A DNA stretch of 32,000 nucleotides from Candidatus Heimdallarchaeota archaeon B3_Heim (GCA_003144275.1 NJBF01000001.1:120001-152000); one strand, 5' to 3'; numbered from the stretch's first letter, positions 1 through 10,166 are shown. Program-made: numbers and translations. Notes: a model not told the origin generated them from the letters alone.

Positions 1-754
1 CTAACTTATTATTTGGCAAAATCCCAATAGCTACAAATACAGCTTTGACTCGTTTTTGTTGCTCTTCCCCAGTTTTAACATTCTTAATCGTTACTTTCTT
101 CACCCCTGTAACTTCATCCCCTATAATTTCTGTTACTACTGAATTCCAGACTATTTTTACTTCTGAATTTTCTAGTATTTGTTTTTGGAGTGATTCCTCT
201 GCTCGTAATTGATCTCGACGATGAATTAGTGAAACTTCACGAGCGGGGACTGTTTCAAGATAAAGAGCTTCTGTGACCGCAGAATTTCCTCCACCAACAA
301 CTATCACTTTTCTCGTCTTATATATTGGACCATCACAGGTTGCACAATAAGAAACTCCACTTTCTTTTAGTTTTTCTTCTCCTGGAACACCAAGATGACG
401 GTGCGTTGTACCCATAGCTAGAACAATCACCTTTGCAATGTACGTATCTAAAGGAGTTTGAACTTCGATTTCAGGTCCTCCCACCTTGATATCAATAACC
501 TCGACCGATTCTTTAATTTCAGTACCAAATTTTTCAGCCTGTTTTTTAAGCCTATCTGCAAATTCCGGTCCTGAAATCTCGCTAAAACCTGGATAATTTT
601 CAATAATAGGTGTAGTGTACGCTAATCCGCCAACTATTAACTTATCTAGCACAAGCGTATTCCAGCCCATTCTGGAAGCATAAATTGCTGTGGCCATACC
701 TGCAGGCCCTGCACCAATGATTATCATATCATATTTCGAAGAATCTGTGCCCAC
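1..754 (-). CDS. trxB: Thioredoxin-disulfide reductase (3' end runs off the left edge; absent from the supplied ORF track)
   Basis: Manual translation of the minus strand from GTG at 754 (GGAG about 12 nt upstream, in-frame TAG just before it). Motifs: YDMIIIGAGPAG (FAD), IENYPGF, GVSYCATCDGP (redox CxxC), VIVVGGGNSA (NADPH), LIHRRD. Confidence 0.95.
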   Translation of the reverse strand, partial: MGTDSSKYDMIIIGAGPAGMATAIYASRMGWNTLVLDKLIVGGLAYTTPIIENYPGFSEISGPEFADRLKKQAEKFGTEIKESVEVIDIKVGGPEIEVQTPLDTYIAKVIVLAMGTTHRHLGVPGEEKLKESGVSYCATCDGPIYKTRKVIVVGGGNSAVTEALYLETVPAREVSLIHRRDQLRAEESLQKQILENSEVKIVWNSVVTEIIGDEVTGVKKVTIKNVKTGEEQQKRVKAVFVAIGILPNNKL

Positions 755-1231
755 TCTTTGCTACACTCCAATTTAGTAACAGATAATTGATATTATATTA
801 TATAGATAAATGAATTATTATTAATCTTTCGTGATTACAAAAATACTTTTTCTTTGATTTTCTATTAATATAGCAACGGAGATTGTTGAGAATTATCAAT
901 TAATTGAGATTTGCATCACTAAGTTGATGTTAATTCTATGACTGGATTTGCTAATCAACTTTGAATTCAAATGGTTATGAAATGAAATACACACCCATTT
1001 CATTTTACTTGGTAAAATAGTGAAGACATTATAAGAACGCAATCAAACGAATTCTAAAAACAGTTCAATGCCTTACAGAAACAGAAATATCTTACTAAAT
1101 TGATCACAATCTTAACTCTAATAAATGGAGTACCCAGTAGAATAATTGCCCTCTGTAAGAATGCCCTTAATTCAAAGTAAGAGAAAAAAACTAATTATTT
1201 CCTCCCGAAAAATTATAATTAGGAAAAAAAG

Positions 1232-3865
1232 TTGGTTGATTTACCAATGAAGATTTTAAAAACCACTACTTCACAAATCACTTTTATTTCAGATGTTACC
1301 AAGAATAAAATTCATGAGCAAGATTATATCATCCTTTTTGATAAAAATAAATCAACTAATAAACATTTATTAGCACAAGTTAGTAGATTATCTCAAGAAA
1401 AAGCGAATGAGATGAAAGGGATTGCATATATTCTTGGAGAGTTTGAAATGGATGAATTTCGCTTATCTACATGTCGAATTCCTGTTTCAATGTATGCTGA
1501 GATATCTATTCCTCCTAAAGGATTGGTTTCAAGGATTATTTCCTATGATGGAGAAGATGGCATATATTTAGGCGATATTATTACTTCTCCCTCTACAACT
1601 GATCCATTCTTAATATCACCCCAATTTTTAGAACGACATGTTCTCTGTGTAGCCAGTACTGGAGCTGGTAAGTCATACAGCATTGGGGTGTTATTAGAAG
1701 AAATTCTTCTGAAATTCAATAACGCCTCAGTCCTACTGTTTGATGTTCATAATGAGTATTGGGGGTTAGGATTAGAAAATACAGGAAAAGAAATAAAAAA
1801 CCTTGATCGAGCAGGATATACCCCACAAGGTTTCACTGAAAAATTAATGGTCTTTGATGAAGATTCGATTGGATTAGGTACTCATTTTGATCTACCAAAG
1901 ATAAGAAGACTATTGGAAATATCAGCAGCTCAAGAAAATGTTCTCACAAATCTGATACAAGAACCTGAGAAACTCGAGGACATTTTAAGAAAAGTTAAAG
2001 ATGCAGATATCCATACAGGAACTCGTGAGAATTTAATTTCGAAAATTAACATTCTTCAAAAACAATCTGTGTATACGAAGGATTTAGGTGTATCCTCTCT
2101 CGTACAGTCAAATCAAGTGTCAATCATTCGATTAGATCAATATACTGATGAAAAAAAGCGTAATATGCTGGTAAATGAGCTGCTTACGCAAATTTTTATG
2201 ATGAAGGTTCATGGAAAGATACCAAAAGAACAAGAGATTCTTATTATTATAGAAGAAGCACATAGATTTGCCCAAAAAAGTGACATACTTGCTAGAATAG
2301 CACGTGAAGGTAGGAAATTTGGAATATACGAAATATTAATTTCTCAAAGACCAGGAGATTTGCCAGATAATATAATTGCGAATATGAATACCTTAGTGGC
2401 TCTTCGGATTAAATCTGAGAAGGATATTACAAAAATACGTTTAATGGAAGGTATAAATACAGATACTGTCTCAGTTCTCCCTCATCTCACAAAGGGAGAA
2501 GCTCTTATAGTGGGCCTTCAAGATGGCATCTCAAGTCCTATTAAAATTCAAATTCGGGCACGGTTAACCAAACATGTTGATCCTCAAGAGGATTCCATGC
2601 CTGATTCGATACCCCGATTCGATTCTTCTCATCCTATCAGGGAGAGGCAATTATCAAAACAGGATCCCCCAAAAGATGAGAATAGCTTTGAATTAGATTT
2701 AGCTCCATCACAGATCACCATGAAACCAATAGATTACAAGGATTTAGTAAATCTTCTTTATTGTGAGCATATAATGATTACACACAAGCTCACAGGTATT
2801 TGTTTGTATAAATTTGGTACTTCAATGCTGAAAGTTGATCCACAATTAGTTTCTGGATTTTTAACCGCAATTTCAAGTCTCTTTACAGAATTGAAGGACG
2901 AAGAAATCAAAGATCGCACTATAATTAGGGATTTTTCAGAGGAAATCGGTGATCGGACTTTTAAAATAATAACTATTGAAGGAAACTACTCTGTAACCTC
3001 TTTAATATTAGAACGTCCTCCAAAATTCGGTAAACGTTTGAGAAAACGAGGACGAGAATTTGTATATGCATTTGAAAAAAAATTTCATAAGCTCCTCACC
3101 AACTTTTTTGGAGAACTAGATCCATTTGAAGCAGTCATTGATGATTTAGATCAATTTCTAGGTTTATCATTATTAGGCCCACTCAAACTTAAGACAGATA
3201 GAGAAAATGGAATGAATGACAACCAGCTTGTCCAAATTATTCAGGAACAGAGCAATAAATTAGCAAATTCAGAAGGATTATTCATAAAAGAAATTGTCAA
3301 TCACGGCCTTATTAGTTCCAAATTCAAGTACATAGAAATTTTTAAAAATCTTCTAAACCTATTCAGAGAGGATTTATTAGTTCCACTAGATCCAAACCGA
3401 AGATTACCTAATTTTGATCGTAACGATGTATCTGATGAAAGTGATATTGTTACTGAATACAAAAAATCGATCTTACAATCCCTCCAGGAAGATGAACTCC
3501 CCACTGAATCTCTTTCTAACCAAGCGGACGATACAAATCCTGAATGGGTAACACAAATAGTAGCAGAAATCCTTGAGAACAGTTTACCAGATCAGCTCAA
3601 AGAGGATATATTAATCCGAGATATCATCTTTGAGTCAAATATTAAACTAAAGGACAATACACCTAATACAAGTGTTTATTCTAAACCAGAACTAGTTAAA
3701 AGCTTAAATTTATTGTCCAAGGCTGGTTTCAAAACAATTACAAAAACTACTAATCCTTTGAAAGGACCTAAATTTATTATTTCATCAGGAAGTGCTGAAT
3801 TGGTCGTATCGATATCATTGTATAATTCAAATAAATATCTCTGCGTCATTGCACAGCTAGATTGA
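1232..3865 (+). CDS. HerA/FtsK-superfamily (DUF87-type) ATPase with C-terminal Asgard longin-like and winged-helix-like extension
   Basis: N-terminal HAS-barrel-like region, Walker A ASTGAGKS, LFDVHNEY, Walker B IIIEEAHRF, REGRKFG (Arg finger) and ISQRP. After the ATPase end (RLTKH) comes a linker, then HIMITHKLTGICLY..VDPQLVSGFLTAISSL..FEKKF..NFFGELDPF (longin-like). TTG start; true start uncertain. Confidence 0.85.
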   Translation: MVDLPMKILKTTTSQITFISDVTKNKIHEQDYIILFDKNKSTNKHLLAQVSRLSQEKANEMKGIAYILGEFEMDEFRLSTCRIPVSMYAEISIPPKGLVSRIISYDGEDGIYLGDIITSPSTTDPFLISPQFLERHVLCVASTGAGKSYSIGVLLEEILLKFNNASVLLFDVHNEYWGLGLENTGKEIKNLDRAGYTPQGFTEKLMVFDEDSIGLGTHFDLPKIRRLLEISAAQENVLTNLIQEPEKLEDILRKVKDADIHTGTRENLISKINILQKQSVYTKDLGVSSLVQSNQVSIIRLDQYTDEKKRNMLVNELLTQIFMMKVHGKIPKEQEILIIIEEAHRFAQKSDILARIAREGRKFGIYEILISQRPGDLPDNIIANMNTLVALRIKSEKDITKIRLMEGINTDTVSVLPHLTKGEALIVGLQDGISSPIKIQIRARLTKHVDPQEDSMPDSIPRFDSSHPIRERQLSKQDPPKDENSFELDLAPSQITMKPIDYKDLVNLLYCEHIMITHKLTGICLYKFGTSMLKVDPQLVSGFLTAISSLFTELKDEEIKDRTIIRDFSEEIGDRTFKIITIEGNYSVTSLILERPPKFGKRLRKRGREFVYAFEKKFHKLLTNFFGELDPFEAVIDDLDQFLGLSLLGPLKLKTDRENGMNDNQLVQIIQEQSNKLANSEGLFIKEIVNHGLISSKFKYIEIFKNLLNLFREDLLVPLDPNRRLPNFDRNDVSDESDIVTEYKKSILQSLQEDELPTESLSNQADDTNPEWVTQIVAEILENSLPDQLKEDILIRDIIFESNIKLKDNTPNTSVYSKPELVKSLNLLSKAGFKTITKTTNPLKGPKFIISSGSAELVVSISLYNSNKYLCVIAQLD

Positions 3866-3910
3866 ACGATAAACCTCACTTGAAGTGTGTGTTACCTTTT
3901 TAAACTTGAA

Positions 3911-3925
3911 AGGAAGAAAAAAATG
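3911..3925 (-). terminator. Probable oligo-T terminator between the convergent longin-domain genes
   Basis: A-rich run on + (ggaagaaaaaaatg) reads as a T-tract on the minus strand about 30-40 nt after the 3954 stop, as in archaeal oligo-U terminators. Confidence 0.35.
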
Positions 3926-3953
3926 AGAAGGGGGGGTTTCTGAGACGAAAAAG

Positions 3954-6524
3954 TCATGCTCCTGGGAAAAGATCTTTTATAGTATTTGTTTCTCCTGCAA
4001 ACGCATCTAAGTCTCCTAACCACTTAGGAAGCGTCTTCTTATGCCTCGTTTCAAAGTCGTTCAAAAATTCACCTAATTTTTTACGTAATTCGGTTGAGGT
4101 ACTGTCTGCAAATATTGCGGCAAATACCCAATTCGCATATTCGATTGTTAGAACAACATCACCGTGATCAATAGTCTTGAGGAGTTGTTCGCTCCGAACA
4201 GCTTCTTTTGCGAATGAAGTAATAGCAGAGAACAACCCAGCCACCAGTGCTGGTTCTACTTGCGATTCTTCTGCAAAAGTATGCGAAAGAACAGCACGTC
4301 CATCCAACATCATTACGTGAAGTGAATCGATGGTTGCTTCTTCGAAAGAATAAGAGAATTCACGGTGCCAGAGGGTTATGATTTGACTAAAGGATACTTC
4401 AGCATCATAGGTAACCTCATCGAGAATCGAATGGACCTCACTGATAGAGATCCCGATATTCTCTGTTAACTGAGAAATAGTTAGCATATGACCTGTAATT
4501 GCATTTCGGATCACTTCACCTTTCTCTGAATTCATCCATGCTTTTGAAACTAATTTCTCAGTATCTTCATCTTTAGAGGGAGTAGCGGCAATCAATAATA
4601 TGTCAGCTTTCTTTTCTAGCTCACCCACACTCGGTAATCGTGTAACATCGGAAAAAATTGATTTATACTGAGTTTTTTCCTCACCTTTCTGTGTTCGTAC
4701 GTGGAATTGTTTTCCTGCAAGGAATAAAATTCCCCCGTAGACGAGGATGACAGCCAACGGATGAAAGAGATTAAAGGGGATAGAGAGAATTTGGAGAAAC
4801 TGACCTCCCGATCCTTGCCAAATCACAGGTATTTGTCGAAGTTCAGGTAGAATGAATTGATACCCCCCGAATGTCCCACCTTTCCAGACTGCGGTTAACC
4901 AATTCAAATCAATGTACCCCAAAACGGATGTTGCCTGTAGAAAAGGATACACCAGTATTTCATTCTGATAATTAGGATATACATCGCCAACAGAGAAACC
5001 TAGTATAGTATACCAACCCTCATTGTACCAACCAAACAAAAAAAGGCTCACAGATAAGATTGAAAGGTAGGTGACGATGCTTGTTCCAATGACGCTCCAA
5101 TTCCATCTACGAATGACTAAGACTAATGTAGCACTCAACAGAAAACTTGCATAATTTTGAGTTAACCAAAAGAAGGTCGCGTACTGAACGGTATCAAAAT
5201 TCGTGAAAATATTCTTAACAATAACTAAATATGTTAAAAAACCAACAGAGAGGAGAAAACCAACCAAAATACCAGAAACCGTTCCTTTAGCTATATTTAT
5301 CCTGTTGAAACGAGCTGTTGTAATTTTAATAGTTTTAAAGCTTTCTATAAGTTTAAGCAATAGATAAATTGAAAATGGTTCGAATATATCTAAAAAGAGA
5401 ACGAAAAACAATGATACCATAATGAAATAGACAATAAAGTACGACACCACAAATATCTGATCGAAATATTGTACGAGGAACAAAATGACAGCCAAACCTG
5501 ACATAAAAGCTCCAACAGTAGATAAACTTTGAACCATTGTTACATATAATTGGTTACCTAAAAATTTACCCTTCCTTGACAAATGACTGGCCTTTATTAG
5601 ATATATACTGAATACTAAAGTTGCTATATAGGCAAAATATATTTCTAAAAACCACCCCATCGATGTTCCTTGGAGTAAGCTTGGATTTTCAGTCTCCCCG
5701 AGGAGTTGTAAAATTGTCATCAGAAGAAACAGAGTTATGGGTAATATCGCAATTAGTACCTTCAATAATTCTCTTTCATTTTCCCAATTCTTTGCTTTTA
5801 CTCGTTTCATTACCTCATGAAAGGGAGAAGTCTCGAGCTCAAATTGTATCTCCTGAAATCTCCGAGAAATAGATCTTACTTCCGAGAGTTGGTTTTCTAA
5901 ATCTTTATTTTCAGCTTCAAATTCCGTAAGAGCAACGTTCTTTTCATATGCCTCTGATTCGCCAGCTTTCTTCAATTGCTTTCGAAGTTGTGAAATCTCA
6001 TTTTTATTGCGTTTTATCAGTTTCTTTATAGGAGATATCTCATTCCGCTTCTCAGTCCAAGTTTGATAGAAAAGAATTGTCATGGATAATATGGGTGAGA
6101 TCCCAAAGACAAAAGCAAGAATTACTATAGGATAACTAAGGTAGATAACTATTGAATTGGCAATATGTCCAAATAAATACTTGATAAGAAGTGGTATAGG
6201 CGCAGATATTGCTCCTTGAGTAATTACCGATTCTGAATCCCATAAAGTGGTCCAGCCTGATGTTCCAGCTATGGGATAGTATTCTTGATCAATGAATTGA
6301 TTCGGATCTGGTACAAACGAATTCAAGATACTTGGAAATATGAAATAAGCGATATAGAAGACAACAAAGCCGATATAAGCACGATTATAAATTATTGCTA
6401 AGAAATTTTCTGATTTTCGCCTTGTATATAAGTACGGAATAAATAGAACTATTAGTGGGGTTAAAGTTAATACGATAGAGACAAGAAGGTTCATCGGATT
6501 TGTTAGGGGATCAATACTCGTCAT
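3954..6524 (-). CDS. Polytopic membrane protein (about 12 TM) with a coiled-coil loop and a C-terminal Asgard longin-like domain
   Basis: About 12 hydrophobic segments by eye and a charged heptad-like loop (KKLIKRNKNEISQLRKQL..ENKDLENQLSEV). C-terminus SLHVMMLDGRAVL..VEPALVAGLFSAITSFAKE..LKTIDHGDVVLTIE..FLNDFETRH..WLGDLDAF fits the Asgard longin-like pattern. Confidence 0.75.
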   Translation of the reverse strand: MTSIDPLTNPMNLLVSIVLTLTPLIVLFIPYLYTRRKSENFLAIIYNRAYIGFVVFYIAYFIFPSILNSFVPDPNQFIDQEYYPIAGTSGWTTLWDSESVITQGAISAPIPLLIKYLFGHIANSIVIYLSYPIVILAFVFGISPILSMTILFYQTWTEKRNEISPIKKLIKRNKNEISQLRKQLKKAGESEAYEKNVALTEFEAENKDLENQLSEVRSISRRFQEIQFELETSPFHEVMKRVKAKNWENERELLKVLIAILPITLFLLMTILQLLGETENPSLLQGTSMGWFLEIYFAYIATLVFSIYLIKASHLSRKGKFLGNQLYVTMVQSLSTVGAFMSGLAVILFLVQYFDQIFVVSYFIVYFIMVSLFFVLFLDIFEPFSIYLLLKLIESFKTIKITTARFNRINIAKGTVSGILVGFLLSVGFLTYLVIVKNIFTNFDTVQYATFFWLTQNYASFLLSATLVLVIRRWNWSVIGTSIVTYLSILSVSLFLFGWYNEGWYTILGFSVGDVYPNYQNEILVYPFLQATSVLGYIDLNWLTAVWKGGTFGGYQFILPELRQIPVIWQGSGGQFLQILSIPFNLFHPLAVILVYGGILFLAGKQFHVRTQKGEEKTQYKSIFSDVTRLPSVGELEKKADILLIAATPSKDEDTEKLVSKAWMNSEKGEVIRNAITGHMLTISQLTENIGISISEVHSILDEVTYDAEVSFSQIITLWHREFSYSFEEATIDSLHVMMLDGRAVLSHTFAEESQVEPALVAGLFSAITSFAKEAVRSEQLLKTIDHGDVVLTIEYANWVFAAIFADSTSTELRKKLGEFLNDFETRHKKTLPKWLGDLDAFAGETNTIKDLFPGA

Positions 6525-6853
6525 TTCATCACTTCAATTAAAATTACTTCACTATTAATTGTGCCTACTATATATCATTTGGTTTAAATTTTACTATTTA
6601 AAATCCCTTTTCAAAGGATCACAGGAGAAATAATCATGGTGGATAAATTAGTAAGCTATTAATTATCCTTAATTTTAAGAAATTAGATGTATATTGATTG
6701 ATATTTGAAAAATTAATTCTCAAATGATTTTTCATCATCATTAACTTTTTTCAGAAGATCAGTGGCCGTAAAAAAGGTTTATTTTAATGCTCTAATTGTC
6801 TGACAAGAATCTCCCTCAATCAAATCTTTATTGAAAGGATTTATTTAATAAAT

Positions 6854-8257
6854 TTATTCATGGAGTTCCTCTGGCACTATCTCATATGTATGTTGACCCC
6901 AGACATCCTTGATGATTAGAGGTAATCGTAAAATATTCTGTCCTATCAGTGACCAATTCTTCTGTTTAACCAATTTACGAATTAATCTAACATAACGTGA
7001 TGGATTTATTAGGGGGGAATTTGTGATAAATTCAGCTTTTAAGACAAGATCGAAAATTTCCTCTGTAGTAAGCTCAGACGTGCCAAAACTTCTATCATTA
7101 TAGGAATAATACTGATCGGGTTTTATATTTCCATTCGATACGGCCTGCTGCCAAAAATCAGACCCTATTAAATACAAAAAAGGAAACGGTTGAGAAATAT
7201 CAATTTTTGCGGTACGGCAGAAGTCAATTGTTTTTTGTATTTCCTCAACTGATTCGTATGGCCCACCAACAATAAATGTAGCAATAATAATCAACTGATA
7301 TTCATCAGCCAAGTCGAACGCCCTAGAAAGTGTATGTGACCAATTACGAGGATTTCCACTAATCTTTTTGTACATATCAATCATACGTGGAACAACTGAT
7401 TCTAATCCAACTAGGAGCCCTGTAGCTCCTGCTTGTCTCATCAAACGGGCTCCCTCTTCGTCAATATGATCTGCACGGGCCAATGACCAGAACGGTATAT
7501 CAAGTCCTTCTTTAATTTTTAATCTCAGGACTTCTTTGGTGTGCTTAGAATTCACCTGGAGGCTGTCATCGATTACGACGATATTTTTGTACTTCAATTC
7601 GTTTTGAATTATCGCAATTTCTTCAACAATTTTTTCTGGAGATCTTTGGCGATGAGCCATTGTCAAGACGGATCTACTACAAAAACGACATTTCCGCCAT
7701 GAACAGCCCCGTACCCACTTCATACTTGCTGAATCGCCTATCCAAATATTTGTCATTCTGTTGTATTCAATATGCCTGACAAAACTACGATCAGGAAAAG
7801 GTAAAGCATCAATATCTTTTATGTAACCTAAATCATAAAACTTTTTTTCAGGATTGCGGATAATATCCACTATCCTTTGTTCTGCTTCTCCTGCTACCGC
7901 AATATCAATATGTGAACATTCTAGAAGGACTTTTTCTTTAATGTAGGTGACATGAGGCCCTCCTGCTAAGGTTGTGATATTGGAGTTTACTCTTTTAGCA
8001 ATTTGTAAAATAGAATAGGCGACTCTACGGAATGGTGTCATAACTGTGACACCTATATGAGTAAAATCCCCGTTAGCAATGAGTTTCATCATTCTTAGAG
8101 GTGAAAAGCCCTCTGCAGAAAGATCAATGACAGTTACTTTAATACCTTCTCTTTTTAGAATAGTTGCTAATGTTAGAATACCTAGAGGTTGACAAAATCG
8201 CTCCACGTTTCCCCATTTGTCAGGAGGAAAGACAAGTAAAACTGATTCTACGGACAT
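6854..8257 (-). CDS. B12-binding-domain radical SAM protein (class B-like); substrate unknown
   Basis: N-terminal PLGILTLA..GGPHVT..GEAE cobalamin-binding segment, RGCSWRKCRFC cluster motif, IDDS, GLES, FIVGGPYES. Confidence 0.85.
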   Translation of the reverse strand: MSVESVLLVFPPDKWGNVERFCQPLGILTLATILKREGIKVTVIDLSAEGFSPLRMMKLIANGDFTHIGVTVMTPFRRVAYSILQIAKRVNSNITTLAGGPHVTYIKEKVLLECSHIDIAVAGEAEQRIVDIIRNPEKKFYDLGYIKDIDALPFPDRSFVRHIEYNRMTNIWIGDSASMKWVRGCSWRKCRFCSRSVLTMAHRQRSPEKIVEEIAIIQNELKYKNIVVIDDSLQVNSKHTKEVLRLKIKEGLDIPFWSLARADHIDEEGARLMRQAGATGLLVGLESVVPRMIDMYKKISGNPRNWSHTLSRAFDLADEYQLIIIATFIVGGPYESVEEIQKTIDFCRTAKIDISQPFPFLYLIGSDFWQQAVSNGNIKPDQYYSYNDRSFGTSELTTEEIFDLVLKAEFITNSPLINPSRYVRLIRKLVKQKNWSLIGQNILRLPLIIKDVWGQHTYEIVPEELHE

Positions 8258-8477
8258 TCTTTACGATAACTTCCTTATTTTCTGAAGTTGTGAAATTTTG
8301 CTATTTTTAAGAGAAAGACAGAAAACCTACTAACATCGGAAAAAACGAATATAAAAGGATACTGGATAGGGAAATATCCAATCACACAATATCAGCCGAT
8401 CTAATTAATAAACCAAAAATATAGACAATTCAAAAATAAAAGGAACATAAAAAAAGAAGAAAAATGAGAGACGAAAA

Positions 8478-10166
8478 CTATCGTCTCTTGCGATAAGATG
8501 CGTAAAATAGTGGAATTGCAATTAATGCCGAAAGTAATCCGAATCCTGGAATATTTGTTCCCGTAGTACTAGTATCTGATGGACCATCGGTTGTTGTCTC
8601 TTGAGTCGCTGCTACAGCAGCTACTGCTGAATAAGAAGGATCATGAACGATTTGTCCACCAACCCAGTCTCCAAACTCAGTAACTGTCAGATAATTGGAA
8701 GCATCAATTGCATAGCTGGGGGGACTTTGAAAACCAAGTCCATTGATAAGAACATGTTCTGTAAAGTCTTCATAAAGTCCGTGAGTCAAGTCGAAATATT
8801 TTCTTGCGAGGGAGGTCGTTATGTGAGCGAGCCCACTATGAGGTTTTGCTACAATGACTACATCACGATCTACATCTGCATTAAAACCCAGTTCTTCAAC
8901 ACCTTTTAATTTATACGTATCCTTATTTTCAAAATCAGTTTTAAAATCATCTTCGGCGGAAATAGAGTTACTTGTTGAGTCCCAAGTCCCAAAGTTTAGT
9001 CCATGAGAATTTGTTTGTGTAACTACAGCAAATCCAAATCCATTGGCGTCATTGATTCTTTTCTGAGCGTCATCCGACGGATAAACTTCTACGTTAAAGG
9101 TTGGTGAGAGCTTATCTGGTAATGTACCAAGCAGCGGCAATGAAAGGTCGATACCAGGAAGTTCTATGTCATATGTGAGAGATTCTTCAAAAGAGTTAGG
9201 ATATTCAGTCGTGTTAATTCCTTCACCAGAATTAGTAATAAGCCAACTTACCTCACCAATATTGTAAAGAGTATTGATATCTGTAGAAACTTTAGTAATT
9301 GTTTCAGTTTCAATTGTTTCAGTGTATTGATTCCAGTTTACTTGATAATCAAATGATAGATAATCAAAGACGGTAACTGCATCAAATCCAGAGGCCATCG
9401 CTAATAATTTTGATATATCAGTTTGAAGAAGGGCAGCAGGAATAGCTGACAAAGGATTGTATGCGTCCCTCTCAACTCGTTGCCAAAAAGTCATCACATT
9501 TGTATAATTAATTCCAAAGTGGATTTCTGTGTTACTTACCACGTCGAATTTTGTATGTACATCATATTTAGGTATCGGATCGCCTCCACGACTTTGCACA
9601 AGGGTATTCAATGCATCTGTTAATTGTCCGAAAGCTAATGTATAACCAATATAAATCTCGTCACCTGAATTAATGACTTTATCTTCAGGAGTAGTTGAGT
9701 AAGCAATTAATCCCATGAAGTTATTTGAAACATATTTTTCTGCATGCTGATATGTTCCAGAGTTATCTTTTTCAAGATTGGTCCAATGTTCTAGTAGTTG
9801 TTGAAAAGGAGTGGTGCCATTAACAGTTACAATTGACTGATCACTATATCCTAATGTATCAAGAGCGGCCATTGTTTGCGAATTTAAAATATCACTAAGA
9901 TAGAAGTTCATTTCAACTTTTTCCAATCCTGTAAATACTACTTCAACCCCTGAAGTATTAATATAAGACATAAACACAGACGCGTTATCTTCAGGAAAGA
10001 ATGGTTTTAAAGGAACGTCAATGGTTTCATAAAAATAATCTTCATCAAAAGAATGAGTCAAGTTGAATTCCTGACTGGTTGCTGTTGCTGATTGAACCAA
10101 AGAAAAACCAAGGACAAATATTAAGGCTAAAGATAATTGGACTGGTATAATTTTTGGATTTTTCAT
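8478..10166 (-). CDS. Cell-surface (S-layer-like) glycoprotein with PGF-CTERM sorting signal
   Basis: N-terminal signal peptide, several N-x-S/T sequons (NLT, NAS, NTS, NGT, NYT, NTT), Thr-rich linker, then IPGFGLLSALIAIPLFYASYRKRR (PGF + TM + basic tail). Confidence 0.8.
   Translation of the reverse strand: MKNPKIIPVQLSLALIFVLGFSLVQSATATSQEFNLTHSFDEDYFYETIDVPLKPFFPEDNASVFMSYINTSGVEVVFTGLEKVEMNFYLSDILNSQTMAALDTLGYSDQSIVTVNGTTPFQQLLEHWTNLEKDNSGTYQHAEKYVSNNFMGLIAYSTTPEDKVINSGDEIYIGYTLAFGQLTDALNTLVQSRGGDPIPKYDVHTKFDVVSNTEIHFGINYTNVMTFWQRVERDAYNPLSAIPAALLQTDISKLLAMASGFDAVTVFDYLSFDYQVNWNQYTETIETETITKVSTDINTLYNIGEVSWLITNSGEGINTTEYPNSFEESLTYDIELPGIDLSLPLLGTLPDKLSPTFNVEVYPSDDAQKRINDANGFGFAVVTQTNSHGLNFGTWDSTSNSISAEDDFKTDFENKDTYKLKGVEELGFNADVDRDVVIVAKPHSGLAHITTSLARKYFDLTHGLYEDFTEHVLINGLGFQSPPSYAIDASNYLTVTEFGDWVGGQIVHDPSYSAVAAVAATQETTTDGPSDTSTTGTNIPGFGLLSALIAIPLFYASYRKRR

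Noticed and set aside
1232-2580. Calling the ATPase canonical herA or part of a HerA-type antiphage system
   Set aside because: No nurA, mre11, rad50, Sir2 or nuclease partner nearby and an atypical C-terminal extension; gene symbol withheld.
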